DNA of 63,990 nucleotides, filler included, from Hyphochytrium catenoides (Eukaryota > Protista > Hyphochytriomycota), in NCBI GenBank assembly GCA_900088475.1. It is 14 parts of 14 records of this genome, joined end to end, with 100 filler letters (N's around TTAATTAATTAA, not from the genome) between each part and the next. Parts side by side here need not be neighbours in the genome. Positions count along the whole stretch, not along the records: positions 41,079 to 53,272 come from FLMG01002226.1; positions 53,373 to 55,311 come from FLMG01003598.1; positions 55,412 to 56,638 come from FLMG01004352.1; positions 56,739 to 58,030 come from FLMG01002175.1; positions 58,131 to 59,837 come from FLMG01001859.1; 9 more parts are not named here. The stretch is one strand, 5' to 3'. The position numbers and the translations under genes were made by a program. The notes beneath the pieces are model-generated. The model did no database searches and was not told the origin of the DNA. It worked only from the letters and a program-made list of their open reading frames with translations. Shown here in pieces: positions 47,882-59,575 of this stretch. How positions within the stretch are numbered: the first letter of the stretch is position 1; every line of letters starts with the position of its first letter.

Positions 47882-50545
47882 CTAATCTGCGTCCACGGCC
47901 ATGAAGCGATACCGACTGAGCTTCATCTTCTGCTGTCCGCTCAACAGCAACGAGGCGTCTGGCCTCAGGTGCCTACATTCATAGAGCAAACAGCAGTGCC
48001 CGGGACATGCCATCATTCTCTTCTCTCCTGCCATGGAAGAGCCGGGACCAGCAGCCATCTGCTGCCCGTCTTTCCTCCTCTCTTCAGGAGCTTTAGCCGT
48101 GTGCGCGCCCAAGTGCCCGCAAGGCCGCAAGAGACAGCAGCCGTCCGAAAGGTTGAGCTCTTTCTCTCTCTCTCCGGCAGAGGAAGAGTCTTCTTTCTCT
48201 GCCTTCTGGACGATGGGAACACTGCTGACGCGGACCTTGGAGCTTCTAACCTTAGTAGCGGACGACGTAGGAGGCGGAAGGATGACCGTGGGCTGCTCGA
48301 TGACTTGCTTTCGACAGAGAGGACATGCGACAGAGCCGAGATAGACCCACCAATCTCCTCCTCGTACAAGCTCCTCATCGCTCACTTCTTGCCCTGTTCC
48401 TGTGCCAATGCCAGCGGCTCCCGCTTGAGGAGAAGAGGACGAAGAGAGAGAGAGCTCCTGTCGCCGCTTTCGTGCTCTCTTGTACCGTCTCCATAGCGTC
48501 GCGGCGCCTTGAATCATAAGGGCGAGGGCAGAAGTGTAGAGAGCAGCGACTGTATGGAGAAGAATGTCTCCTCTTGACCACATGCAAGGCCCGTCTGGTC
48601 CACAGGTGGGCAGCGACAGCCACCAGAAGGTGGCAATGACCGAGTTAGAGGCTGTTAGAAGCCATAGTACGTCCACATTGAAGAGCTGACAGGACTGAAT
48701 GGTCACAGAGAGAAGCAACATCGAGAGATAGCCCAGCACGCCCACATCATTCATCCCGCTAACGGCGCTTCTCCCTTTTAACAGGCGCCGCACGAGCCTG
48801 AAGACCAACTGGATTATAGCTTCATGGTAGATAACGATGCCAAAGGCCTGCCAGGCAGAGAGAGGCGTGGTGACGGCAGAGGCAATGAGAAGCTCTCCAT
48901 ACGCGCCGCTGAGAATCTGTCTGAGGATCGCAAGAGAGAGATAAAGGCTGTCATTGTTAGCGCAAGCGATGCCGATGGACACTGCCGTGGCGAAGCTCCT
49001 CTTCTCCCGTAGCTTCTGTTCAGCTAGGTCTTCTTCTCTCTCTTCTTCCTCCTCTTGTCGTTTCTCTTCCTTCATCTTGGAGTCTCTCTTTCCTGCTTGG
49101 TCTTCTCCCCTTCGAGCAGTTCCTCCTCCTCCTCCTGTCGTTGCAGAGTGCTTTCTCTTCTCCTCTGTGATGTCTGAGCTGGGCCGAGTAGTAAGAGAAA
49201 GAGACCTCTCTCCGCCTCCTTCATCTCTTCGTCTTCCTCCTCCTGCTGCCCCCAGTTGCGGCTCTGGAGCTCGAAAAAATGCAGTCTCTTCTTTCTCTTT
49301 CTCTTCTTTCTTCACAGCCCAAGCAGCAACACCACCACCAGCAACAGCAGCAGCCGGAGAAGAAGAAAAAGAAGCTCCGTCCATGAGAAGGCTCTTCCTT
49401 GGCTTACAGTCCGTCTGCAGGTGCAACAGCCCTCTCTTGGTGACCTCCACCACTCTGGACCAGTAGAGAAGCCGCATAACGATGGACAGGACGATCCAGG
49501 ACACTGCAGACGCGCGAAATCTGTCCCAGATCAGCCGGAGTCGGCCCATAATCCACCTCAGATCCTCTCTCTCCACATCGTCAGTGCCAAAGCGGATGCA
49601 GGTCGAGTCTCCCGCATGAGGATTGTCCCTTGGAAAGGCGAAGAAGCAGACGTTCCTCATCCCAGAGACCAGCATCTGGAAGTGATAGTCTTCGCTCTTT
49701 TTGCAGAGATCCAGAGCTTCAGAAATCTTCACTAGCGGCCCAGGACCTTTGCATTTCTGAGACATTGCGGCGAGGATGTACCGCTGATCCACCAGCGCCT
49801 CGCTTCTATTGCAAAGAATGAGATCCAGCATGCGCCGGTTGGTGAGAGCTTGGCTCTCCTGCAGATCGAGAGAAGCATCTCTCACTTCATCTCCATCCCC
49901 ATCTTCTCTTTGTCGTCTCTCTCCTCTCTCCACCGCCGCCGCCTCTCTCTTTCCCGCGATGGTAGCGCCAAGATCTCCTTTAAAGCCGTTCGTCCAGCTC
50001 ACTGTCCGCACCGCGTGAGACATGATGAACGTGTTATACGGAGAGCCGACAGCTGGTCCGCAGCGGTCTGACTGCAGGCCTAACGAGCCCATCACCATCA
50101 TCGCCACGTAAGAATCTTCAGATACATTCGAGAGATCTTGCTCTTCTTGACTGAGAAACACCTGCTGCGTCACGCGTGACTTTAACATTAGCGTCACGGT
50201 CTCTAGAGACTCTAAGTCTGTCTGGAAAAGCGTGATTAAGAAGATTAGAAGCTCTGTCACGGCCCAGAAAAAGCCCAAGAGATGGAAGCGCGGAGGAGAG
50301 AGAATGATTTTCTGGACGTGGAGCTTCGGACGATAGAGAAGAAGTCTCTTCCAGCTGTGACGAGAAGGAGGAGGATGAAGAGCAGACACGCGCCGCGGAG
50401 GAAGAGGAGAAGAGGAATAAGAAGAGAGAGAAGGTAAAGGCGTCTCTCTTCTCTTTCTTTCGTCTTCTCCTGCTGCTCTCTGCTGTCTTGGCGTGCCGTC
50501 ATCGCGAATCTTACGGACGATGGGGCTTGGGGAAGAGGTCAGCAT
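47882..50545 (-). CDS. Large single-ORF multi-pass membrane protein with C-terminal RING-like Cys/His cluster
   Basis: Uninterrupted 887-codon ORF with several hydrophobic helices (e.g. AVSWIVLSIVMRLLYW, VLGYLSMLLLSVTI, ILLHTVAALYTSALALMI) and C-terminal CPLC..LRPCGH..CPGHC. Confidence 0.7.
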   Translation of the reverse strand: MLTSSPSPIVRKIRDDGTPRQQRAAGEDERKRRETPLPSLSSYSSSPLPPRRVSALHPPPSRHSWKRLLLYRPKLHVQKIILSPPRFHLLGFFWAVTELLIFLITLFQTDLESLETVTLMLKSRVTQQVFLSQEEQDLSNVSEDSYVAMMVMGSLGLQSDRCGPAVGSPYNTFIMSHAVRTVSWTNGFKGDLGATIAGKREAAAVERGERRQREDGDGDEVRDASLDLQESQALTNRRMLDLILCNRSEALVDQRYILAAMSQKCKGPGPLVKISEALDLCKKSEDYHFQMLVSGMRNVCFFAFPRDNPHAGDSTCIRFGTDDVEREDLRWIMGRLRLIWDRFRASAVSWIVLSIVMRLLYWSRVVEVTKRGLLHLQTDCKPRKSLLMDGASFSSSPAAAVAGGGVAAWAVKKEEKEKEETAFFRAPEPQLGAAGGGRRRDEGGGERSLSLTTRPSSDITEEKRKHSATTGGGGGTARRGEDQAGKRDSKMKEEKRQEEEEEREEDLAEQKLREKRSFATAVSIGIACANNDSLYLSLAILRQILSGAYGELLIASAVTTPLSAWQAFGIVIYHEAIIQLVFRLVRRLLKGRSAVSGMNDVGVLGYLSMLLLSVTIQSCQLFNVDVLWLLTASNSVIATFWWLSLPTCGPDGPCMWSRGDILLHTVAALYTSALALMIQGAATLWRRYKRARKRRQELSLSSSSSPQAGAAGIGTGTGQEVSDEELVRGGDWWVYLGSVACPLCRKQVIEQPTVILPPPTSSATKVRSSKVRVSSVPIVQKAEKEDSSSAGEREKELNLSDGCCLLRPCGHLGAHTAKAPEERRKDGQQMAAGPGSSMAGEKRMMACPGHCCLLYECRHLRPDASLLLSGQQKMKLSRYRFMAVDAD

Positions 50546-51147
50546 CTTCTTCCGATGTGACTTTTAAAAGAGAGGAGCATGAAAGAGAGAGAGAGAGAGA
50601 GAGAGNNNNNNNNNNNNNNNNNNNNNNNNNNNNNNNNNNNNNNNNNNNNNNNNNNNNNNNNNNNNNNNNNNNNNNNNNNNNNAGAGAGAGAGACAGAGAG
50701 ACAGAGAGACAGAGAGACAGAGAGAGAAAGAGAGACAGAGAGACAGAGAGAGACAGAGAGAGACAGAGAGAGAGTAATGGTAGCTAGAAGAAGAGAGAGA
50801 CAGAGAGTGACTTCAAACAACCACCAGCCAGACAAACGAGGAGTGGAGATCTAATCCTTGAAAAGGAGATCAAGGGAAAGGAAAAGAGACTGTCCTCAGC
50901 AGAAAAGAGAGAGAGAGAGAGAGAGAAAGAGAAAGAGAAGAGAGAAAGAAAAGCCACGCAAGGCGCGGAAACAGAAAGAAGAGACTCTCGTGCATCTCCA
51001 ACGCCAATCACCTACCAATCGCGTCATCGGCCAACGAAGAGGTTCGCATTTCTCTCTTTCTCTCTCTCTCTCTTTCTCCTCTCTTCTGGTTTCTTGACTT
51101 TTTATCTCTCCCTTTCTCTTGGACTCTCTCTCTGTTTCCCTCTCTCC

Positions 51148-51189
<42 letters not shown>

Positions 51190-51222
51190 NNNNNNNNNNN
51201 NNNNNNNNNNNNNNNNNNNNNN

Positions 51223-51256
<34 letters not shown>

Positions 51257-51698
51257 CCTATTGCACGAGGCCCCGTAGTAGCGACCAAGAAAGACGATTG
51301 AGAAGGATTTGCTCGAGAACACCCGCAAATCATAGGGAACAGACCCAGCCCACAATTACCTTCTCTCTCTTTCTCTCTCTCTCTTTTTGTCTCGTCTGTC
51401 TCTCTTTCTCAGCTCTCAGCGTGGGGTCTCCCTGTTATTCTTTCTGCTTTCCTCCTCTCCTCTCTTTCTTTCTCTGTCTCTGTCTCTCTCTCTCTCCCTC
51501 TCTGCCGCTCTCTCTCTCTCTCTCTCTCGGCCTCATAGTTAACCCACCTCATATCCTCAGGTATCAACTCTCTTTGCCTGTTGCTTTTTCCCTCTCTTTC
51601 GCCTCTCCTCCCACACAACTGGCGCTTCATCAGTGTAACGCTTACGAAGACACGACATCTCTCTCCTTCTTCTCGCCCCTCTTCTCTTTCTTTTTCGG

Positions 51699-51760
<62 letters not shown>

Positions 51761-52091
51761 ATCTCCTTCCTCCCCCTTATCTCATATAGTCCTGGGGGAG
51801 GACAGGGTCCACAACTGTATGTGTAACGGACCAGGGAACGAAGAGCAACAGAGGTGGAACCACAAAACGAGAGAAAAGGGTAAAACAGCAAGAGGGCTTC
51901 ATGGATTTCTTCTCTCTCTCGCTTACTCTCTCTGTCTCTCTCTCTCTCTTTCTCTCTCTCTGTCTCTCTCTCTCTCCCTCTGTTTTCTCTGCTGCCTTGT
52001 CCCTGAATCTAACTCCGCTGCTGCAGTTCTTCCTCCTCCTCTTGCTACATAACGTCGTTCTTTGTAATACAGTGGTGTCTCATCTCCTGTC

Positions 52092-52130
<39 letters not shown>

Positions 52131-52533
52131 GCCCGCCGCTCTCTCTCTCTCTTTCTCTGCCTTCTCTTACAAGATTCTACTTCTCTCAATTTTCTCTTTT
52201 TCATAGTTCTTCTCAGTCTCTGTCATATGCCGGTCCTCTCGTCGTTTGTCTTCTCAATGAGTTCCTAGCTGTTATCTCTTTTTCTTCTCCCCTCCTCTTC
52301 TATCTTTTTTTTTTTTCTCTCTCTGTTCCTTTTATTCCCCTCTCTCTATTCTTTCTTCTTCGGCGTCTCTCTTCTTCCTTCTCTTTGTTTCTCTTTTTCT
52401 CTCTCTCTATTGATTTTATTCAAGTCACTTCTCTCTCCTTTCTTCTGCTTTTGTCTGCGCCAGAAGAAGAATACAATCAACAACTTGAGGACTGTGTCCC
52501 ACCAGTCCCACCAGTAGTGCGTATAGAGAGAGA

Positions 52534-52582
<49 letters not shown>

Positions 52583-52940
52583 AAGGGACAAAAAACACGT
52601 GTAATGGGGAGGGGCACAAGCAAAGCTTCACCAGCACTCTCTCTTTCTAGTTTCTTTCTCCTTGACGCTTTAGCCCTGGTGAGCGTAGTCTTGGCCCTTG
52701 CCTCTTACAAAGAAAAAAAGAACTACTCTCTCTCTCTCTCTCCTCCTCTCTCTCTCTTCCTCTATCCTTCTATACTTTCTTCCGCTCTCCTTTTTCCTTC
52801 TTTGACATTCTCTCCACAATCATTCGTCACCATCAACTCTTCTACGGTCTCTCTCTATACTGCCCTGGCCAGTCTCTTTCTCTTCTCTCTCTCCTCCTTT
52901 TTCCCGAGGACGGGGAGATGAAAAGAGCGCGGCGGAGAGA

Positions 52941-52995
<55 letters not shown>

Positions 52996-53019
52996 GAGGA
53001 GAGAGAGAGGAGAGAGAGA

Positions 53020-53071
<52 letters not shown>

Positions 53072-53235
53072 GGTGATAGCTTACAAGAAGGGTTGGGTGG
53101 TGTAAAGACGTCCGGTTGTTGGAGATGATGGTGTTGGGAAGCTTGTTGGGAGTGATCGTTGTAGGAAGACAGATAGGGCACAACAAAGGAGGAAAGAGAG
53201 AGGAAGAGAAAAGAGAGAGAGAAAGAGAGAGAGAA

Positions 53236-53272
<37 letters not shown>

Positions 53273-54185
53273 NNNNNNNNNNNNNNNNNNNNNNNNNNNN
53301 NNNNNNNNNNNNNNNNTTAATTAATTAANNNNNNNNNNNNNNNNNNNNNNNNNNNNNNNNNNNNNNNNNNNNTTCTCTCTCTCTTTCTCTCCAATTTCTC
53401 GCTCTCTCCCTTAGGGCGGAGTTCTTCCGGTCTTACGAGTGGTTTCGGTTCAAAGACTTAGAGTTGCGCCCCGCAGACCCAAGAGGAGACAGATTCTTCC
53501 TTTGTGTCACCATGGAAGCGAGAGAGAGAGTCTCTCCTTCGTCATCTTCTTCTTCTTCTCTTTCTCTTATTCAAGAGAAAGAACACAAAGGCAACGGAAA
53601 GGCAGGAGAAGAAGAGAGAGAAGAGAGAAGAGGAGCTGTTTTCTCTGTCAGGTTTCTGGATATATATGTCTTTTCTATGGAGAATCGCATCACGCACTGC
53701 AGAACAGTGCTAAAAGGAGCTCCTGTCTCTCTCTCTCCCTCTTCTTCTCTCTCTGAAGCTTCGTCGTCTCCTGGACTGTCTCTCTCCTCTTCTCTCCCTA
53801 AAGCTTCCATGTCTTCCCCTTCATCTGAGGGATGGTCAATGTTAATGTAAAGACTGATGGTCAGTGCGTTCTCTCTCTCTCTCTCTCCTGCTGTCCTTCT
53901 CCTCTCTCTCTTTTGGTCACTCTCTCTCTTTTTGTCTCTCTCTTTTCTTCCCTTATTCGCCCTCCCTTCCCCGCTTCCTCTTATTCTCTTCTGTTCTTTT
54001 ATTCTCTCTTTCTCTCTCAGCCTGTCCTCATATGTGTTTCCTCTCCTCCATTTGTCTCTTTCCTCTAGTCTCTCTCTCTCGCTCAACTTTATCCTCTCTC
54101 GTTTCTTTCAGATTCCTCTCTCTTTTCTTGCGGTTCCCTTCTCTTTTGCTCCGTCCAGTACTTCTCTGTGTCTCTCTCTCCCGCG

Positions 54186-54226
<41 letters not shown>

Positions 54227-55411
54227 TTTTATTTTCTTCTCTCTCTCTCTGTTTTTCTTCTCTCTCTCTCTCTCTCTCTCTTCTCTTTTCTTTTCGTTCC
54301 CGGTCTATCCCTAGAGGAGCAAAATTGCTAGCCTCTTTATCCATGCTTTTTATGTTTCTCCATTATTAAAAAAGAGAGAGGGAGAGAGAGAAAGAGAGAG
54401 AGAGAAAGAGAGAGAGAGGAGAAGACAAGAGAGAGAAAGTGAAGACACGACAATGCTTTCTCTGCTAACTAGAGCAATTGCCAACACAGAGGGGTCCCAC
54501 TTCTGACCTTTAAACGACAGACTCTCTTCTGTTTCTTTCTCTCTCTCTCTCTTTCTCTCTCCCATATCCCATCTCTCTCTCTTTTCTTTCTCCGTTCGTC
54601 GGCTGCTTTTGCGTACAGCATTATCGGCTCTCTGTCTCCTACTTACCATCACAGCGCTTTCTCTCCTCTCTCTCTCCCTTTCTTGCCTTTCTCTCCTCCT
54701 CTTGGCGCGTCTTGGAGAAAAGTTTGTTGACTGCATAGCCGCCGGAGGTAGAAGAAGAGAAGAGAGAAGACGAGAGAGAAGAGGTCTTCATGTTTCTCTC
54801 TTCCTCCTTTTCTTCTCCTCTTTCTCTCCTTTTTGCTTGTTCTTGCTTCTCTTTCTCTCGAAGCAGCTTGTCAACCTCTCGCTTTTGGAGAAACTCGGCG
54901 TCTTGGGCAGAGATCATTCTGTCTCTCTTCTCTTTTTCTCTCTCTTTCTCTCTCTCTACCAGCAGGAAGTCCTAGTTGTTGTTGGTCGGGAGATTGCCGG
55001 TTTCTCTTTTGGTTTCTCTCTTCTCTTTCTTTGGGCTGGCGTGTCTTCTTAAGTCTCTCTCTGTGTGGCGAGGGGGAAAGAGAGACAATGTCTCTCCTTC
55101 TCGTTTCTCCTAGCTTTTGATGAGAGAAAATGTGAAAGTGAAGGGGAGAGAGAGAGAGAGAAAGAGGTCGTCCGAGCAGGCAGTGATGGTCTCAGCCGTT
55201 TCTCTCTATAAATTATCGAGATTCCCAGGAGGACGAGAGAGCGGAGAGGGACCAAAAGAGAGACAAAGGGAAAGAGAAAGAGAGAATAAGAGAGAGAGAG
55301 AGAGAGAGAGANNNNNNNNNNNNNNNNNNNNNNNNNNNNNNNNNNNNNNNNNNNNTTAATTAATTAANNNNNNNNNNNNNNNNNNNNNNNNNNNNNNNNN
55401 NNNNNNNNNNN

Positions 55412-55615
55412 GAACAGTGCGAAGATCCCAAAGAAACGGACGACTGGCTGAAAGATCCGGTGGTTTTTCCTAAGGATGAGAGCTGCAACGCGCTGGTAGA
55501 GGCGCACGATTGCCACTGAGAAGACACCAGACTCTATAGCAGCTAGCGTGGTGCTACAGAGGTCATAGAAGGTGATAAGAAGAAGAACCGAACCTAACAC
55601 CGCCGTCCACCACAT
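55412..55615 (-). CDS. N-terminus resembling bacterial 'potassium channel family' (Ion_trans_2) proteins, 3'-partial
   Basis: MWWTAVLGSVLLLITFYDLCSTTLAAIESGVFSVAIVRLYQRVAALILRK..FFGIFALF follows the LGxxLxxxxxxDxxxTxL....G.xS pattern of that family's N-terminus. The pore is not visible. Confidence 0.45.
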
Positions 55616-57124
55616 GGTTATGTATTGGTCGTGGCTAACAAAATGACAAGGCGAAGGTGTTACACTTGGCCGACACCTTCCTGAGCCAGGTTCGACTGCT
55701 AGATTTCAAGCAAGATAACTACACCCCGTGCTATCACCGCGTTATGACTGCCATGTTAACAATCCAGATGCCTCGACGATGTAATCGTAACCGAAAGGGC
55801 CAATGCTGTTGGCGCCACGATTAAAATTTGACTATGGTTGGTTATGAGGATGCGACTACCTGGAACACGCATCTGAACCTCAAGTGTCCTCGACCTATTA
55901 CGTATGACTTCTCTCAGCTCTTCCAACTCTGTTGGCCTTGTTGCGCCGTCCGGCTATCTTACCACGCCATAGAAGAGTACATCTTCCTACCAGGCTCTCG
56001 GGACCCTTCGATCCTTGCGTGCCCTACAAGTGTTGCAAGAAGTACCTACTCCGGAGTAATAAAGAGAGTCGAAGAACCTACATAGAAAGACGATGGAACC
56101 CTGAGCAGGAGGGTCTGCCCTTGTTGGTTCAAAGAGCTAACTAGCTCTCCGTCTATCTGCGCGATCATCAGGCCTTTGTGTGGCAGCAGCATGTCCGTTG
56201 ATCCTCGGCTGTGATCTTGGGCTGTCAGCAGCAAGCAGCAAGTGCAAAAGCAGGTGCAAGTGCAACTGGTGCAAGCGATGCCGCGGCTTCTCATGTTCGC
56301 ATGAAGATGATGAATAACAGCACGACTATTCCGCATAATATAGTAGGTAGTAGTTAGCAGTTAGATTGTACAGTATCAGTTACCAGTCAGCATTGGATAT
56401 GATTACTTTATATTATGATATATCGTTAGCGGCTATAATAACCCCCATTCTGTCGCCTGAGGTGAAGGACCATATGTGAGAGTTTTGAGCACTTATACGG
56501 CCGGACCGATTACAAAGGTTGAAGCTGTGTAGCCCAAAAATCTGGAAACCAATACGTTACAGGCAGGTTCATCACATCATTCAGTGCAGCAGCAGCAGCA
56601 GCAGCCTAGAGGGGAGAGAGAGAGACACAGAGAGAGAGNNNNNNNNNNNNNNNNNNNNNNNNNNNNNNNNNNNNNNNNNNNNTTAATTAATTAANNNNNN
56701 NNNNNNNNNNNNNNNNNNNNNNNNNNNNNNNNNNNNNNGAGGGGAAGAGAGAGGGAGGGAAAGAGAGAGAGAGGGAAAGAGAGAGGGACGGAAAGAGAGA
56801 GGGACGGAAAGAGAGAGGGACGGAAAGAGAGAGGGACGGAAAGAGAGAGGGAGAGAGAGCGGAAGAGAGCGAGAAAGAGAGCAGCGAGAGAGAGAGGGAG
56901 AGAAAGGAAGAGAGAGGGAGAGAGAGAGAGAGAGAAGAGGAAGAAGAAAGAGAAAGAGAGAGGGAGAGAGAGATATTGGAAGAGAGATGTGTGTGTGAGA
57001 GAGAGAATAGGGAGAAAATGTGTGAGAGACAAGAAGACGAGCGGGAGAGGGGAGCAAATAGAGAGAAAGGGGAGGTAGATAACGGAGCGCAAAAATGAGA
57101 GAGAGAAAAAAACTAAAGAGAGAC

Positions 57125-57230
<106 letters not shown>

Positions 57231-57360
57231 CGAGAGAAGAAAAGGGAGTAGGCAGGCGACACAGAAGCAGAAAGCAGGCCTCAGAGAGGAAACACAGGAA
57301 AAGAAAAAGAGCCTCTCTTGTCCTCTCTCTTTTCCTCTTATTTCTCTTTCTTTCTCTCAC

Positions 57361-57635
57361 CTCAATGGCCTCCTCCAGGTTCTTCTCTTCCGCCTCCAGT
57401 TTCTTATACTCTTCAAAGTTGCCATCCATTTCTCTCCGAGGCATTTCTTCCTTTCTCTCTCTCTTTCTCTCTCTCTGTTTCTTTCTTTGTATAATAAGCT
57501 GGCGATACTCGCTCTCGAGGTCCGTTCTCTTTCCTAACATAAGGATTTCGTTTCTCTCGTGAGTGCGAGAGAGAGGGAGAAGTTTCCGAAGTGTCTCTTT
57601 CTCTTTTAGCAACTGCTGTGTAATGGCTGAGACCT

Positions 57636-57675
<40 letters not shown>

Positions 57676-58030
57676 GAGAGGGAGGAAAAGAGAGGGAGAG
57701 AGAGAGAGGAAAGAGGGGGAGGAAAGAAAAAGTTAGAGAGAGTGATGAAGAGACGGGAGAGAGACAGATAGGCGGAAAGAGATAAAAAGGGGAGAGAAAG
57801 AGAAGAGAGAGAGAGTCAGCAGATTAAGAGAGAGATCGGGTGGGAGAGAGAGAGAGAGCCAGAAGATTGAGAGAGAGTCAGGTGAGATAGAGAGAGAAAG
57901 AGTGAACAGATGGGGAGAGGGACACAGAGAGACAGAGAGAGAGGCAAGGAGAGAGACAAGGAGAGAGACAGAGAGCGAGAGAGACAGAGAGAGAGCTGCA
58001 ACCTTCTCTCTCATATTAAGTTCCACTTCC
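57361..58030 (-). CDS. Coiled-coil protein, internal exons
   Basis: EVELNMREK|VSAITQQLLKEKETLRKLL..KRTDLESEYRQLIIQRKK..EEYKKLEAEEKNLEEAIE| with GT-AG boundaries. Confidence 0.55.
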
Positions 58031-58950
58031 NNNNNNNNNNNNNNNNNNNNNNNNNNNNNNNNNNNNNNNNNNNNTTAATTAATTAANNNNNNNNNNNNNN
58101 NNNNNNNNNNNNNNNNNNNNNNNNNNNNNNAGAGAGAGAGAGAGAGAGAGAGAGGAAGAATGAGAGAGAACGAGCAAAAGGTAGACACAGAGAGAGAGAG
58201 AGAACAGAGAGGATCTCATCAGAGAAAAGATTGAGGCAGGTGCTTGACACTAAGTCTCAAGAAGTATGAGCTAGGAAGTATGGCGCGGGAGACAGGCCCA
58301 CAGGAGGTTGATCTTCCTCTTTCCCCACCAGCAAAGATTTCTGACAGCCACGGATGGCGCATAACTCACGCAAGCGATAGAAAAACAGAGAAGCTAAGAG
58401 ATAGAAAAAGAGACGTCATAGTCAAGACAGCTCTGAGGGTTCGGCGAGAGAGAGAGAGAGAAGAGGAGAGCGAGGGAGAGAGTGGTGTCTGCAAGGGTTA
58501 GAGAGTTGGAGGAAGAGGGCATCCAGTACCATAAACAGCGGAGAGAACTAAAAAGAAAGGGCCGGTAGACGAGAGAAAGAGAAAGAGAGAGTGAGAGATC
58601 TAGTGTGTGTGAGAGAGAGAGTAAGTGATTTAGCGAGAGAGAGAGACAAGGACAGACAGAGAGAGAGAGTCAGAGAGAGAGAGAGAGGCGAGGGGAGAGA
58701 GAGGGAGAGAGGGAAGAGAGAGAGAGAGAGAGGGACAGCGTGAGAAGGAAAGATGCCGGATCTCCTTACCGCCGAGACCCTTTATCGCAGCCTCGTCGAT
58801 CAGAAAAACATGTGAGTTTGACCTCTTCCTGTCTTCTCCTTCTCTCGCTCTTTCCGGTCTCTTCTTCGATGAGCTCAGGTCCCCTCATTCATCTAACCAC
58901 CACCTCTTCCCACTCCTCTCATTCTCCTTTCTCTTTCTCTTTCAGTTCCT

Positions 58951-58996
<46 letters not shown>

Positions 58997-59543
58997 TGTC
59001 TCTGCTTCTCTCTCTGCGTTTCTCCCTGTCCCTCTCTCGGTGCCATCTCTCTCTCTCTCTCTGTGCCTGTGGAATGACAAACAATCCTAGATCACTTTGA
59101 CCCGAAACGGCCTCTGTCTGCCACGGTGCTTCCTCTTGTTCTGTCTTCTCTTCGAGTTTGTCTCCCACTGACTTCCTCTTCCTTCCTCTCTCTCTCTTTC
59201 TCGCTTCTCTTGGGTCCTCAGCTTCCGGGCACTGTGCTGGGCTCTTTATAAGAATCTCAATGAGTCGTGCACCCTCATTGACATCCTCAACGCTCATGAT
59301 AAGACGCTCGGTGGGGAATTCTCAGGCTTCCTCTGTTGACTGTCTCTGTTCTCCTCTCTTCCCCAATAGAGGTCTCTCTTTCTCTCTCAGTCTGCCTGCG
59401 GTGGTCATGGGGCTTGTGCCTGGCTTTCCTCTTTTGTTCCCTCTCTGTTACCGTGCCTCTCTCTTTCCTCTCTGTCCTGCCACTCTCCCTCCTTCTTCTC
59501 CCTCTTCGCTTTCTTTCTGTCTCTCTCGCTTCTCTCTCTCCCC

Positions 59544-59575
<32 letters not shown>

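Noticed and set aside
50546-55311. Many long SLSLSL/RERERE ORFs here and throughout the track
   Set aside because: (CT)n/(AG)n repeats lack stop codons. Some real charged exons may hide here (e.g. 54639-54917) but cannot be supported.
1-55615. Apparent ion-channel cluster (TPC, Kv-like, bacterial-type K+ channel)
   Set aside because: The three genes lie on different contigs, so there is no physical linkage.
58893-59330. ORF MSVEDVNEGARLIEILIKSP..
   Set aside because: Possibly an exon, but it has no motif or definable boundaries amid repeats.
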